A DNA stretch of 64,000 nucleotides from Lama glama. Its lineage: Eukaryota. Below the pieces are notes generated by a model. The model ran no database searches, was not told the origin of the DNA, and was given only the letters and a program-made list of their open reading frames with translations. Every line of letters begins with the position of its first letter. The stretch's first letter is position 1. The translations under genes and the position numbers were made by a program. Below, piece by piece: positions 13,596 to 26,939 of this stretch. The stretch covers positions 64,668,001-64,732,000 of the forward strand of contig CM052816.1 of the NCBI GenBank assembly GCA_028534125.1, given 5' to 3'.

Positions 13596-14999
13596 AAGAA
13601 ATTGACAGGTTTACTTCCTGCTGATAATTTAGATAAGCAGCTTAGGGTAGGTGTAGAGCCAGTCTCTAATCATTTGGAAATTATGAGCATGCAGATCATT
13701 ATCTCCCTTCACTATGGCAAATACTGGAGTTTAAACAGACTCACTGTCTGTTTTAATTCTGATTTGACTTTTTCTCTTTTTCTAAAGGTTGGGTGGGAAT
13801 GTGTATGTGTGTATAAACAGACACTGAGGCTCAAATGGATAATACTGATAATCTGTGGATACTACACTTGGCTTACCTACCCACGAGGTTAACATGTGAC
13901 AGAAAGGAGCACATGTATTCAGCTATACCACTGCAGCAGTTGTACAGTGAAACATTAAAACACTGAACTTATAGTCAGTAGACTTGGGTTTTTGAAACCC
14001 ACTCCACCTTCCAATTTTTTTTTTTTTGCCTCTTATGAGTAATGAATGATTTAACCTGAGTTTCATTCTTCTAATCTGTTAAATGGAAATTACATCATTT
14101 ACCAGAGTTATTGTGAAAAAAATGAAATAATACATGAGAACACCTAGAAATAAAAGTATTCAGTAAGTCCCTAGATTTATTCATTCCTATATATAATTTA
14201 AAAGTATAACATCCCCTCATTTCTGTCTTTTGATCCTACGTGTACAATTTGTAGAATGACACTGGGAGGTAGATGGAAAAAAAAATACAAATCTCAACTG
14301 GCAATTCTCTGTTCCTCCTGAAAAAATTATGAACTGCTAGACTGTGATGGTCTCATTCACATATCAAAACATCTAGCTACAAAACCTATGTTCTTTCTAC
14401 TATAGCACATTCCTTCCCAAATGTGAACTGGAAAGTGTTCAATGAAGTATAAATATTGAACCAGCTCACTAAACTTTGTCTTTATCCTTAGGTGCTCCCC
14501 CTGCATCTTACAACTTACTGTCCTATTAATCCTTATAACTCACTGCTGTGATCAAATCACCTGTGGGCTCAAAACTATCAGTATGTTCTCAATGTCTTCA
14601 GAATGAACTTCAAATAACATATTAAGAAAAGGGGAGATCTACTTAGTGCTTAGTGTCATACACTATGCTAGGTGATTATCTAAGCTTCCCATTTTATGAC
14701 TATAAATGCTCACCATAAAATTCAGTGTGTGACAAATAGCACGCTATATATTACTATGAAAGTACTGAAGAGGAACAGGCTGCTTTTGGCTATGTCTTAA
14801 AGGTGGTATGTACAGGCTTTGAAAAGATTTTGATATGTGAGGAAGATTTCATAGACTTGGGATAGGATGATGGCAAACACAATTCCTTATCATATGAGTC
14901 CTTTATATTGTCCCAGTAAATATACACATTTAGCCACTAAGTAAATATCTACAGTGATGCAGAGATTCCATCACAAGGCAACTTGTTTCACTGTCAGCA

Positions 15000-15250
15000 T
15001 AATTAATAATAATGACAGGTAACACTTACTGAATGTCAACATCTGCTGTAAGTACCAGACAATGTGCTAAATATTTCATGTAATTATTTCATGCATTATT
15101 TCATGTAATATGCAAAACAATACTATGAGATATATAGCATTATTATACAAAAAAATACTTAAAAAGGTTCAGTATTTTGATCAAGGTCTCTTAGCTAGTA
15201 AGTGACAGAATTAGAAACTGAATCTACATTGCACTAATCAAAAAGCACGG
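15000..15250. mobile_element. MIR SINE
   Basis: aataataatgacaggtaacacttactgaatg...aaggtctcttagctagtaagtgacaga core. Confidence 0.65.
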
Positions 15251-15619
15251 TGGTAAATTATTTTTCTTTCATTCTATTAACTGAGATTATAGTACACTGT
15301 AGTACAAGTGAGTACTGGGTACTCTGCAAGCATTTAAGCTGGACTAGAGGAGTTAGAGAGAGGCTGTGTCTGAGATGAATCCTGAAAGCTGAGAAGCAGC
15401 TAAGACAGGAAGAAGACAGTATTGTAACGCACGGCAGCAGTCTGTGCAGCAGAATGGAAGGGTGGGAGAGCATGGTACATTTGAAGACCACTAAGTAGTT
15501 CATATCGCTAAGGACAGGGAAAAAATGGGAAAGTGGCAAGATATAAAGATGGTGAGTTACAATGTACAGCTTATGAAGGCCTTGTGCACAACAGACAAAA
15601 ACATTCAGGTTTTTAGAAT

Positions 15620-15697
15620 TTTTAAAAAAATTTTAATGGAGGTACTGGGGATTGAACCCAGGACCTCGTGCATGGTAAGCGTGTGCTCTACCACTGA
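15620..15697 (-). mobile_element. vic-1-like SINE truncated by the assembly gap
   Basis: gaggtactggggattgaacccaggacctcgtgcatggtaagcgtgtgctctaccactga; same family as the copies at 10733 and 63650. Confidence 0.85.
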
Positions 15698-16197
15698 NNN
15701 NNNNNNNNNNNNNNNNNNNNNNNNNNNNNNNNNNNNNNNNNNNNNNNNNNNNNNNNNNNNNNNNNNNNNNNNNNNNNNNNNNNNNNNNNNNNNNNNNNNN
15801 NNNNNNNNNNNNNNNNNNNNNNNNNNNNNNNNNNNNNNNNNNNNNNNNNNNNNNNNNNNNNNNNNNNNNNNNNNNNNNNNNNNNNNNNNNNNNNNNNNNN
15901 NNNNNNNNNNNNNNNNNNNNNNNNNNNNNNNNNNNNNNNNNNNNNNNNNNNNNNNNNNNNNNNNNNNNNNNNNNNNNNNNNNNNNNNNNNNNNNNNNNNN
16001 NNNNNNNNNNNNNNNNNNNNNNNNNNNNNNNNNNNNNNNNNNNNNNNNNNNNNNNNNNNNNNNNNNNNNNNNNNNNNNNNNNNNNNNNNNNNNNNNNNNN
16101 NNNNNNNNNNNNNNNNNNNNNNNNNNNNNNNNNNNNNNNNNNNNNNNNNNNNNNNNNNNNNNNNNNNNNNNNNNNNNNNNNNNNNNNNNNNNNNNNN
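15698..16197. other. Assembly gap (500 N), candidate orientation breakpoint
   Basis: Run of N flanked by a SINE on the left and an L1 5' end on the right. Confidence 0.95.
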
Positions 16198-16328
16198 TTT
16201 TTTTTTTTTTAACTAGGTTCCAGTCTTCTTTTTTGATAGTTGTTTAGCATTCAGTCGTGGTTTCATTGTAGTCATGAGGAGAGGCAAGCTCGCCATCCTG
16301 CCACTCCGCCATCTTGACCAGAACTCCG
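16198..16328 (-). mobile_element. LINE-1 5' end (5'UTR start) running into the gap
   Basis: Minus strand ggagttctggtCAAGATGGCGgagtggcagg..., the YY1-type motif typical of L1 5' termini. Confidence 0.65.
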
Positions 16329-17819
16329 ATTTCTCCCTGAAACTTGTTTTAAATTGTTTCATTGAGCTGATACTTGTCCAGACTTATTGACTATATATAT
16401 CAATGAACCAATTACAAAGGTAGTGATCACCTGTAACTTCTCTCTGTTGCCTTTTATATTTTACAAATTTTCCTTCTGTGGTGTCTTAGCTAATAGTATG
16501 TGTCTTTCAGTCTTATAAAGTGCTTGTATCCTGCCATATTTCAGAGGACACTTATGCCAGTTGTTTACTGTGCCTCAGATTGATTCCAGTTTTAAAGTCG
16601 TTTATGGCACACCCGTGAAATGCCTGCTTTTAAAAAATGCATAGAAACCGTAAATGCAGACGTTTACTAGCACAGCCCTAAACCTGTGTTTAACAGGATG
16701 TCTGAAAACAGCGTCATGGGTAAGCTTTTATACTTCCTATCAAGCCTTTTCTTTACAATTAAGGAAATACTTCAAGAGAGGGAAAAAAAGACATCTTCAA
16801 CTGAAGCATTCTTTTGGGTCAGTTTATACTAAAAAGCTCCATTTAGACTAGATGAAAACCATTGAGGAAAGCTGTGAAGACAAACCCTTAAGCTGTACCA
16901 CTTGCTTTAACAGTTGAAAATAACTTCAAAATGAAGGCTTTTCAGTAAAGGACACAAAGGTTTGTAGAGCCTACTATTGGTGAGACACTGGAAAACAGAA
17001 AAACTTTAGCTCTTATTTAAAACCTGAATGAGAGGATAATAGAAAAATTTTGTCCCAATGAACTAATCTCAATTATACTTCAAAGAAACGTCACTATCAC
17101 ACAAATCAGATATTGAACCTAATGGCTGCATAATTCTAACTCAAATATTTCATTACTGTTGAGTCATATACTAATACTTGGTTACTTCTATAAAAATGAG
17201 TAACTACGGAAAGTTAGAAAAGCTAAAGTCATTTCTGTAACATAACTTTTATAAAAAATACATTGATACAGTTCCTTTTTAAAACTTAATTTTTTCTCCA
17301 TATTCAGATCCTATTTACTCAGCCTGAATTTTAAAACTCTTGAGTATCATTAGAACTGTAAACTGAATATCAATAAAACCATGCCAGAAATGAAATTGGC
17401 AAAAAACCTTTTAAAATATATAATCACTTTGCTTTGTATTATGATAAAGTTTCTAGATATCTGAGGGTTAAATTTATTGCTAGAATAGAGTTGGTTCTTT
17501 TGTTTTAACTCTGGAAAAATACTAAATTCAAGGCACATATCTAACAAAGCCCAATCATGAATACGGATTTCCCTTGAAAAAAACATGTACAGTCCTTTTG
17601 TGCCACCTTGAATCACTGTACTGTACCTTAGTGCCTGGAATTTTTACAAGTCATTTATTGTAAGACAAGCTTGTCTATCTTACTAGTATATCAGCAACAT
17701 CCTCAAATACAGGAGGCATAGTTATTTTGCTGCCATCTAGTTCTTTGTTTCCTGCTTTTTAAAAATTGGACAATTAAAAACTAGAAAAAACTAAGGGAAA
17801 TAAGATAAAGAACTGTGTT

Positions 17820-18421
17820 ATGACTGCTCTAATTCTGTGTGTAGGAGTCGGCAAATGCCCTGTAACTTCCTGACAAACCACTGCTGTTTATCCTCACAAG
17901 AGTACTCATAAACTTTGCGCTAGTAGGTTTATACAGCCCTCCCAGGCTACGCTCTCCCAAGGCCTGGAACTAAATAAAGGTCACAATCCTAACTTGGTTT
18001 CTTATTTTGTCACTAAAAACACAAGTCAGTCAATGTTTAAGGCCAGATTCCTCAAGCTCCTCGTGCTTTTTATTTCTTGACAGTCTGTCAGTGGCTGTTG
18101 CATAGGGTCTGTAGCCTTGGGCCTGGCCAGTGGCTTTGTTTCCTTGGCATTGGTGCTCAACTCTTGAAGGCAACTAATGATTGGCCCCAGTGATTGGCGC
18201 AAGCCATTTCTTTTTTGTTCATCTCATCCCCTGAGCAAGAGTTAGTAACAGCACTAAAACAGGGCCAGTTAACACCCTATTCAAACACCAGGAGGTGCAG
18301 GAGAGCTGTTGCTTCCCAGGTGGCTCACATGCAACTCTCCAGCTTCTCTTCTACATAGTGGCATCATCCACTACTGCATAAGTCTGAATACCTTTCATAT
18401 AGATATACTGTTAAGGTTGTG
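17820..18421 (-). pseudogene. Candidate exon 10 (large, probably terminal) of decayed gene; 3' end uncertain
   Basis: Acceptor ttccctcattttag; broken frames QYIYMKGIQTYAVVDDATM*KRSWRVACEPPGKQQ and IISCLQELSTNAKETKPLARPKATDPMQQPLTDCQEIKSTRSLRNLALNID*; no repeat recognised. Confidence 0.5.
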
Positions 18422-19780
18422 CTAAAATGAGGGAATAATACTCCTATTAAGTCTTTGAAAATTGAGTTATTGACTATTTTTATGGTACTGCGTTGTTTTC
18501 TTATCTACACATGTATACAAAATTTCGTCCAAGTTTCAGTAAATACTATGGAAAAAATGTATTAAAAATAACTTAGTGATGATCACTAAGAACATTAAAG
18601 AATGGCAAGTTTATTTTTAAAAATTGTACTGGTTTCATAAAGAAATTAATAATAAACAATAGACTGGAAATCAGAAGACCTGAGTCTTTATCTTAGTTTT
18701 ACTACCAAGTAAACATGTGAAATTTGAATACTACTTTTTTACTTTCTTTTTTCCATTAGTTAAAAAAAACGAAGGAAGGGATAGAAAACTGGAATAGAAA
18801 ATTGTTAAATTCATTCCTGCTCCAAAATCACATATTATAATGTTCAGAAGGTGTTTTAAAATAGTATTTACTTTGTGAAATACATAAATAAGTAGAAGTT
18901 TACATTCGAGATTAATTGAAGTTCATTGAAGGCAAAGGTGGAGTGTCTTTATAAAAAGTCTCATGAATTATCTTATACTAAATAAACACTCAAATTCTAA
19001 TGAAGTGAACATTCTGTTTTGCCTAAACTAAAATTCGTAAAGTTTTCATCCAAATTGTTATGGAACCACCACTTAATTTAGCAAGTTACTTAGCCTTCCT
19101 GAGCAAGTTTCATTTGTGGAAAGGGAATAAAATACACCTTACAGAGTTGTATGAGTAAATGAAATAAAGTTCTTGCATATAATAATCATATAATAATTGT
19201 TCAGCTAATAGAACTCTTGTTACTTAAAATCTCATGATTATTGGGCTCTGAGCTTCTGTCAAAATTCTCTCAAATTTTATCCCCTCAGTATATGTTCTGC
19301 TTATTTATTTTAATCCTTCTCTCCCTTCTGGAATGTATACTCTATGAGGGCAGGAATTTTGTCCATTTTGGTTATGGTTGTATCCTCAGCACTTAGAACA
19401 CTGCTTGGCAAATAGAAGATGCAAAAAAAAAAAAATTAAAGAACACCACCATTACCAAGCACTTAACTATGAAATAATTCTGCTCACAATTTGCAAATGA
19501 TAAAATGCTTCACTGATTGTGTCATTTTTTGAATTTACTATGCATGGAATTTTAAGTGTTATTAAATATTAGTTAACAACTTGGGTATTGCATTAGTCTT
19601 GTAGTCTTTCTTCTCACACAGGGCAAGGATACTATTCTCAAGGTTGCTATTGGCTTCAACACCCATCACAGATCCTCTCTGAATCCTTTAGAGGATTGCT
19701 GTTATACTGGAGGCTTGCTATGTGAATCTCAAGAGCTAAACAAAATTGAGAATTTTATGAAATCTTGAGTTCAGATTTCC

Positions 19781-19974
19781 TTATGTGCTCTTCTCCAACT
19801 CTAGCTCATTCCCACCTGGCCATATTATGGTTAGACTGAGTTTCTCCATTGCCGTTGGCTCTATAAGGTTCTGGGCTTTCTTCTCTTGTGTCCCCTGATT
19901 ATGGAATATGACAAATATTTCTGGAAATTTTGCATATGTCAGGTCATTGACAATCTTTGTATCCAGAAGGAATG
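19781..19974 (-). pseudogene. Exon 9 of decayed gene (coding-like sequence may continue to about 19560)
   Basis: Strong acceptor cctcctcttgcctttccag; phase 1, open SFLLDTKIVNDLTYAKFPEIFVIFHNQGTQEKKAQNLIEPTAMEKLSLTIIWPGGNELELEKST*. Confidence 0.7.
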
Positions 19975-20803
19975 CTGGAAAGGCAAGAGGAGGGCTCACA
20001 ATCTCAAATGCTTACAAAGGGCAGGAGAACATGTAAATGAGTGAAGGGGTAGCAAGAATCTCATATGAGAATTATGATCATATTCTTTATTTTTATTTCA
20101 CTTTGGTATATGCATGTAACATAAATATATATGATATTAGAGATTAAATTCTCTGATGTAAATTCAAATACCCAATTAAAACTAGTTTAGTTATGTTTTT
20201 CATCTTAAATTCATTATTTTTTAAAATCTTGAACCAGGGAAATATAACGTTTTTTCTGCTTCATCTGTGATCAATATTAATTTTATTCAGTCTAATAATG
20301 TAAAAATTTTTCATAGAGATAGTTTTTCCAAAACAGATTCCTTGCTCAATTTTTTGCATGTTTAAAATATCTGAGGTATTTATAGAATTCAGTTCATGTG
20401 TAGTTTTCAGAACTACACTTCAGTATACTAACTTCCATTTTTAGCTCTTTATTCACATTATCAGTATTAGCTGAGAAAAGGCAAACTGATCCAAGTTTGT
20501 TTATTTTTATAAATTTCAAAATCAAATAACTTTTTTAGAATTTAATTTTTACTTCTACATGAGGTAATCATCACTTAAATTTCTGGAAAATGATTTCTGC
20601 ATATGAAAGTAGGCCAGATTTTTCGTGGTTAAGTGAATTTTCCAAAGGCACAGTTTGGTTAGAAATTAGATTAATAAAATGAATGGTTTGTGTAACTGGT
20701 AGAGAAGTAGAATATATACATCAACCAAAGGCCCAGTCTGAGTAAGTCTTCACTAATGACTTCAGCTGACACTTTCATTAGATGACACAAACCAATTTCT
20801 TAC

Positions 20804-20942
20804 AAACATCCAAACAAACCTCTTTATTCTCATATCTACTATGCATATGAGTCATCAAGTCAAGAAAGCGTTGACATGTCTCCTGTGATTCAAACCATGA
20901 TAGTATATTCACTTCATGGGTCCATTGCTGTGTTCTCTTTTT
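20804..20942 (-). pseudogene. Exon 8 of decayed gene
   Basis: atttaatttag acceptor, TTT|gtaaga donor; open KKRTQQWTHEVNILSWFESQETCQRFLDLMTHMHSRYENKEVCLDV, ending phase 1 and in frame with exon 9. Confidence 0.75.
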
Positions 20943-21679
20943 CTAAATTAAATGTGATTTCTATTGAATTATGAAATAAACATATGTTGTATGGCTTTGC
21001 AAACTGCAGTGTGTTTTGTAAATGAAGTCCAGTGTTAGTGCTGACTTGCTAGAATACTTCCTGCAGCCCTGTTTACCCACTTCACTCAACACACACAAAT
21101 AATTTCCTAATATGCCCATTACTGGCATGACATTCAAAAGCTATTCAAACACTTAAAACCTTGCAGATATCACAAATGACTATAGCTACTTGGGTGGTAT
21201 TTATATCTTATATCTGTTCTCTCATTGGCTGGGAGGCAGAAAAAACTAGATGATTTAACCTTTTCATGCTACTTTGTACTATAAATCCCTCCACCCCAGC
21301 TTCAGCATGCTAAGAAATATTATACTGGGTTACATTTATATTTGTAAATGTTAGTTTCTGTTTAGGACACAATTTCTGCTGCAATCAGCCTTTTCATAAA
21401 CTCATGATTGGCAGAAGGTTTTAATGCCAAGAAATTTTTTTTGCTTAATATGTTTTACACCATTATTACTGCTATAATTCAGGCCTTGTTTTCAGTCCAT
21501 TAAGTTATTCAGTAAGTTAAGATTTTTATTAACATTTCTTTGCTATTCTGTTTGTACTTCTTACTGTGGTTGGTTTCATAATAGCTTCTGAAGTCATGTA
21601 TATTTAATAGAGTGTGCATTAGTAGTTGGTGTGCACTGTTAGTCATGTAAGAATAATCTCTACTTCTATGATGACATAC

Positions 21680-21734
21680 GCTCTTCAACTTCTCTTGAAA
21701 CACATGACTATGTCAGTCTTCATTTTTTCCATTT
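21680..21734 (-). pseudogene. Exon 7 of decayed gene (acceptor apparently mutated TAG>TAA)
   Basis: Pyrimidine tract cacttctatccattaa, donor AGC|gtatgt; reads NGKNED*HSHVFQEKLKS or KWKK*RLT*SCVSREVEE. Confidence 0.5.
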
Positions 21735-21789
21735 TTAATGGATAGAAGTGATGATAATGATAAATGGTAACTCTCGGTCAATGTTAGGG

Positions 21790-22310
21790 AGATATTAGGT
21801 AGTAGTGGGATTTGTGATAAACCTGAGAACACCTGCCCAATGGCAGCAGCTTTCGTGAATTAGGATTAGGTTTGCCTGAAAAGCCAAAACAATATAGTTT
21901 AAATAAAATATAAATGCTTTTCTTTTGGTAAAAGTCCAGGGAGGCAGTCCTCAGTGGTATGCTGGTTCCAAGATCATTAGGAATCTAGGCATTTTCTTAT
22001 TGCTGCCATATGCTGTATCAGCAGCTTCCCCCTTGAGATACAACATGATTGTTCCAGCCGTTATTTCCACATTCCACCCAACAAGAAAAAGGAAAACAAA
22101 GAAGATGGCATCCTCCCTTTGAGGGCACTTCTGAGAAGTTACATATCACTTTCACAGACATCCGGTTCGCCAGAACTGCTGGTCGCACCTATTTGAAAAG
22201 GACACTGGGTCTTTATGTGGCCATCTGCTCAGCCAAAAATTGGGAGATCAATTACTGTTGACAAAAAGGAAAACAAATATTGGAGAACAACTAACAGCCT
22301 ACGTCATAGT
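21790..22310. mobile_element. MaLR LTR (MLT1J/K-like)
   Basis: Degenerate MLT1 motifs (aggcagtcc...gctggttcc, aagatggc, acatatcactttc); boundaries approximate. Confidence 0.5.
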
Positions 22311-22691
22311 ACAATTCAGCTCCAGCTAACTTAGGCCATGTGTGAATGTGCGCCTACTGAAACTAGAATGAAACCAGAAATGATAATTATTCAAGAGAAG
22401 TAAAAAAGCCATTTTTATGTGAAATTGTACAATTTTTAGATGTTGACAAGTGATTCAAAAATTTCTGTAGTTTGATAATCAAAAATCAGTGGTCTACATC
22501 CTACCAGGGTACACTCACTTGTGACTATTTATATAGATAAGAGTATCTCATAGCATGAAAAAGAGATCTGCTACATGTCTTCATGTTTTGACATTTATGC
22601 AAAAGGCAAAAAAAGTATTTATCATGGCAGTGGGAAGTTGCAGGTATTAACATATGTGTATCCTCAGGGGTGACATTCATGTGCTTCTTAC

Positions 22692-22740
22692 ATGGTGAAG
22701 AAATATATCCTCCTTAATTTGTGGCATGCTTTTGATGATG
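22692..22740 (-). pseudogene. Exon 6 of decayed gene
   Basis: ctcttcatttctcatag acceptor, CAT|gtaaga donor; 49 nt, open as IIKSMPQIKEDIFLHH or ASSKACHKLRRIYFFT. Confidence 0.7.
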
Positions 22741-22762
22741 CTATGAGAAATGAAGAGATTCA

Positions 22763-22878
22763 GTGCCTGTCTCAGCAGCACATACACTACAATTGGAATA
22801 ATGTGGAGAAAGATTATCATGGCTCCTGCACAAGGATGACACACAAACTTGTGAAACATTTCCTATTGAAAAAAAAAG
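22763..22878 (+). pseudogene. U6 snRNA retropseudogene with poly(A) and TSD
   Basis: gtgcctgtctcagcagcacatacactacaattggaa...gattatcatggctcctgcacaaggatgacacacaaacttgtgaaacatttcctatt is a full-length diverged U6, with A tail; TSD 22746-22762 / 22883-22899 (15/17). Confidence 0.93.
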
Positions 22879-23299
22879 AAGAAGAAATCAAGTGATTCAA
22901 CATAAACCAACAATCCACGTTGCTCAAGGAAGTAACATAGCCTGGCAATTAAACCAATCTCAAAACCAATTTCTAGGTATTCATCATCATATATAACTTT
23001 GATTCATTTAACACATATTTATTGACGACCTTGTAAACGCCAAGCTTAGCTACACATTTTTATGACAAAAGATCAGGAGCCAGAGGGCTCCATTCTCAGC
23101 TCTGTTTTGTTCAGTACCAGATCCTTAATAAGGATATTAATGGCAGTGGTGATATTTGTAGATGACACCAAACTAGGAAGCATGACAAATACCGTGGATG
23201 ACAGACATAGGATCCAAATTATGTTAACAGCTTGGAATGAATGATATGCCAAATTCAACTAATTGAAATTGAAATGTCAAATTCTACACCAACGATCTA

Positions 23300-23790
23300 T
23301 GGCAGACACTGTTCTTTGTCTACACAATATCTATTTCCACTTCCTTCTTCCTAATAAACCCAAATTCTGCTTGGGGAATCAGTGTGTCCAGCTAAAGACC
23401 CACTTTCCCTATATCCTTTGCAATTTAGAATGGCAAGGTGACACACTTCTTGTTGAGACACAAAGTAGAATTCTACAGGGAGTTCTCTGGGGAAGCTTTT
23501 GCATTTCTGAAGAGGTCAGAGAAAACTGACATCTTCCTTTCTTTTTCACCCTTCATTCTGCCTTTAGTGTCGGATGTGATATTTGAATTGTGGCCATAGG
23601 GGACAAGCACACAAGAAAGGACAAGAGAATGGCAATTATAATAGAGCTTGACACTGTTAGGCCATTGAATTAACATTATACCAGCAATCTGTACCTCTGG
23701 TCGTCTTACTGTGTGTGAAAAATAAACCCCTAACTATTTAGGACTCTCTTTAGGCTTTCTGTTACTTGTAGCAGAACACATTCCTGACAC
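23300..23790. mobile_element. MaLR LTR (MLT1-type)
   Basis: tatggcagacact...gtgtccagctaaagacccactttccc...aaaaataaacccc...ctgttacttgtagcagaacacattcctgacaca. Confidence 0.65.
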
Positions 23791-24609
23791 AAGTCCCAGA
23801 TAGCACTTGCAAAAACGAGGTTAACTTCACAACTATAAGGCAAAAATCTGTGGTAAACCAGAAGCCTAATATATAACAAGCCAGTATTCTCTTAATTTAC
23901 TTTAATAGACATGTAATATTCATAAACAAGGAAAAAACTTTATCACACATAAAATACTGTGGCTGGTTTCTAATTCCTTGCAATACTCACATTTGCAATT
24001 AGGATGATCAGGAGACATGAAATCAAGTCATTTGAAAATGGCCAGAGGGATCAAGAACCATTTAATTCAAGAAAAGAAAGTCTGCTGTGGACACAACTGT
24101 CATTTAATACCTGAAGAATAGTCCTATGGTATAAAAATTATATTTATATGTGGCTCTAAATGGGAAATTAAAAACCAAAGGGAAGTACAGAAACTTTTGT
24201 TTAATATAGGAAAGTGTTTTAAAATATGTATTCCTCAAATATCAATTTTGATCATTTTTAAAAGCTTGTTTTTCTGTAATATTTAATATAAGCACATTTA
24301 ACCTGGAGCCTATTGTTCTGCTTTGTATTTATACATACTCTTATCTCTCTTTTTTCCCATCCTCTCTCCTTAGAACTGTCTGCAAATGAATGAGTTACTC
24401 AAAACAAACTTCCTGTCAAATTTACATTTTGAAGACAGTTTTGCATTTTAAGGTAGGCTAAAAGTTAATAATAAAGTTATTAGAGTTGCAAATTTAAAAG
24501 CTTGTTTTATTTAATACAACAAACTCATTTTACACATCTTGTTATTCTACGTATAAATCTAGTAAATTTTATGTAAGAATAATATATTCAATCAACTGAG
24601 TTTAAACAA

Positions 24610-25400
24610 CTCTCTTTTTTTGGATATAATTCACATACCATTTAATAAGTCACCCTTGTAAAATATATAACTCAATGGTTTTTAGTATATTCACAAAGTT
24701 GTGCAATCATCCCCATAATCTAATTCTAGAGCATTTTCAACACCCCAAAAGGAAATCCCATACTCCTTAGTGGCCACTTCCCATAAACCCCAAATCCCTA
24801 GCCCTAAGCAACCTCTATAGATTCTGTCTCTATAGGTATTCCTATTTGGAACATTTCATATGAATGAATCCTACTATATATGGTCTTTTGTGACAGGCTT
24901 CTTTTAATTAGTATAATGTTTTCAAGATTCATCCATGTTGTAGCATGTATCAGCAGTTCATGCTTTATTTATTGCCAAATAATATTCCATTGTATGGACA
25001 TACCACATTATATCTATCAGTTCATTAGCTGATGGTCATTTGGATTATTTCTACTTTTTGATTATTATGGTTAATGTTGCTATGAACATTGTATACAAGT
25101 TTTTGCGTGGATATATGTTTTCAGTTGGAATTGAATTCCTGGGTCACATGTCAACTCTGCATTTTACTTTTTTAAAAATTGAAGTATAGTTGATTTACAG
25201 TATTGTATTAGTTTCAAGTGTATCGTGTTTTACTTTTTGAAGAACTGCCAAACTGTTTTACAAAGTGTCTACACCATTTTACATTCCTACCAGCAATGTA
25301 TGAAAGTTCCAATTTCTATTTCTCTATATTCTTGTCAACACTTGTTATTGTCTTTTTTATTATAGCTATATTAGGAGGTGTGAAGTAGTATCTCCCTGTA
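24610..25400 (-). mobile_element. L1MB-like 3' region with a short younger L1 tail nested at about 25165-25225
   Basis: gatataattcacatacca...ttttcaagattcatccatgttgtagcatg...ccattttacattcctaccagcaatgtatga. Confidence 0.8.
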
Positions 25401-25511
25401 GAACTCAGCTTCTTTTAAACCATATGTCCTATGCACAAACCTATTCAAATTGCCTTAAACTGCATTGATCATTTTAATAACTGATGTTTTTAAGCACTTC
25501 AAATGCCTTAC

Positions 25512-25553
25512 CAGACAAATAAACATGCAAAACTTCCAATAATTTAAACATCC
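25512..25553 (-). pseudogene. Exon 5 of decayed gene
   Basis: Weak acceptor ttataag, donor CTG|gtaagg; 42 nt, GCLNYWKFCMFICL (phase 0) or GMFKLLEVLHVYLS (phase 1). Confidence 0.55.
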
Positions 25554-25999
25554 CTTATAAGTCCAATAAGTTTAACTTATAAATGTAATAAAACTTAACT
25601 TTTCATTTCAAGTATTTAATACTGATTATAAACAATTAAAATGTTTACATCTTATTATTTAATGAGTCTGAATTCAATTATACAACTCAAAGTAGAATCA
25701 TAAACCTAATCTGTCAAATTCCCTAATATGCCTGATTCTCCTAAATATTAAAATTTTAAACCCTAAATACTTATATGTTATCTATAATTACTAATAATTA
25801 TCTATAGTAATTATAGCTATTTAATAATTATAATATTATCTATAATTATTATCAATAATTACTAACTTATTCCTGCATTTAACATGAAAGAATAAATACT
25901 ACTCTTTGACTGTATTTAGATCTTTTAAAATTTAAACTCTTCCTGGGATTGGAAGAACACTTACTAAGGAAACATTTTACCAGCTCAAATTAATTCCTG

Positions 26000-26810
26000 A
26001 TCCATTCATTTGTAGTGAGTTGAGCACCAACTATGTGCCAGTGAACAAAACAGATCAAATCCTTTGCTAAGCTCAAAGATTCCCATTGAGAGAGGATGTT
26101 ACTAGCATGACTTTAGAACTGTGACTAAGAAATGGAAATGGGATGAGAGACATGCATCTTTTAAAAGATGAGAGTTACAGTCTTATACTGAAGTGGAGGA
26201 CAAAGACAATAAATGAGGTAAATATGAAAACAAGATATATTCTTGAAAAGTGCAAAGAGGGAAAAAAGACAGAGAAAGGGAATCAGAAGTGAGGGGAGGA
26301 AACAGCATTAAAATTTTAGATAGGGTAGCCAGCAAAAGCCTCACTGAAAAAGACGAATTTTGAGTAATGACTGAAGCAAGTGAGGGAACTAGCTACGCAG
26401 ATACCTGAGGAAAGAGCATTCCAGATAAAGAACATCAAGCACAAAGGCACTGAGGCAAGAGCCTACAGAGAACAGACACGGGCGGACCAGCCAGACAGCC
26501 ACGGGGAAAAGAATAGTCATGGTGATGGTGGGTGGAGGTGATGTTGGGTTAAGAGGGACTGGCAGGGCCCTGAAGGGATATAAGAAGCCGTTGGAAGGTT
26601 TTGAGCAGAAGAGAGACATGGTTTGACTGAGGTTTTAATAGAATCATGCTGGTGTCAGTGTGGTGATTGGCTGAAGAGGAGCCACAAACAGAAGCAAAGA
26701 AACCGGTTAAGAAGCTATGCTGTTTCGATAATAAACTGTGGAGGAAGGCACACGCAGGAGCCGAGGACTAGTTAGGAGGGGACTGCAACAGCAAAGGTGA
26801 GATCAGGAAA
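26000..26810 (-). mobile_element. L2 LINE fragments
   Basis: cattcattt...tgagcaccaactatgtgcca, gtgaacaaaacaga, gaaggttttgagcagaagagagacatgg. Confidence 0.7.
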
Positions 26811-26939
26811 GCTTGTCCATTAAGGAAGAATGCTAAAGCAGTTGCCAGGTCTGATCCAGCAAATACCAAAGAGGCCAAGGGGAGAGGCATTTCCTGCTTT
26901 CTGCAGGGTGAGAAGTAAAGTCCTTGCCTGACAGCACTA

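Noticed and set aside
15525..16247. 240-aa ORF, and similar long ORFs at 4851-5147 and 37215-38130
   Set aside because: Their length comes from translating through N gaps; the real parts are mostly SINE or L1 sequence.
20804..20942. Kinase-like look of HEVNILS...YENKE (alphaC-helix region)
   Set aside because: No glycine loop, VAIK, HRD or DFG motifs in neighbouring exons.
20820..20942. Alternative shorter exon 8 using GAG|gtttgt
   Set aside because: Weaker donor, and it puts exon 9 in a frame with an early stop; the gtaaga donor at 20804 gives an open 110-codon frame.
22763..22878. Functional U6 snRNA gene
   Set aside because: Many substitutions including the ACAGAGA box, plus poly(A) tail and TSD, and no PSE/TATA promoter seen.
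24374..24452. Plus-strand exon-like block with good acceptor and AAG|gtaggc donor
   Set aside because: Stops in all three frames, no partner exons found, and it abuts L2-like sequence; likely chance.
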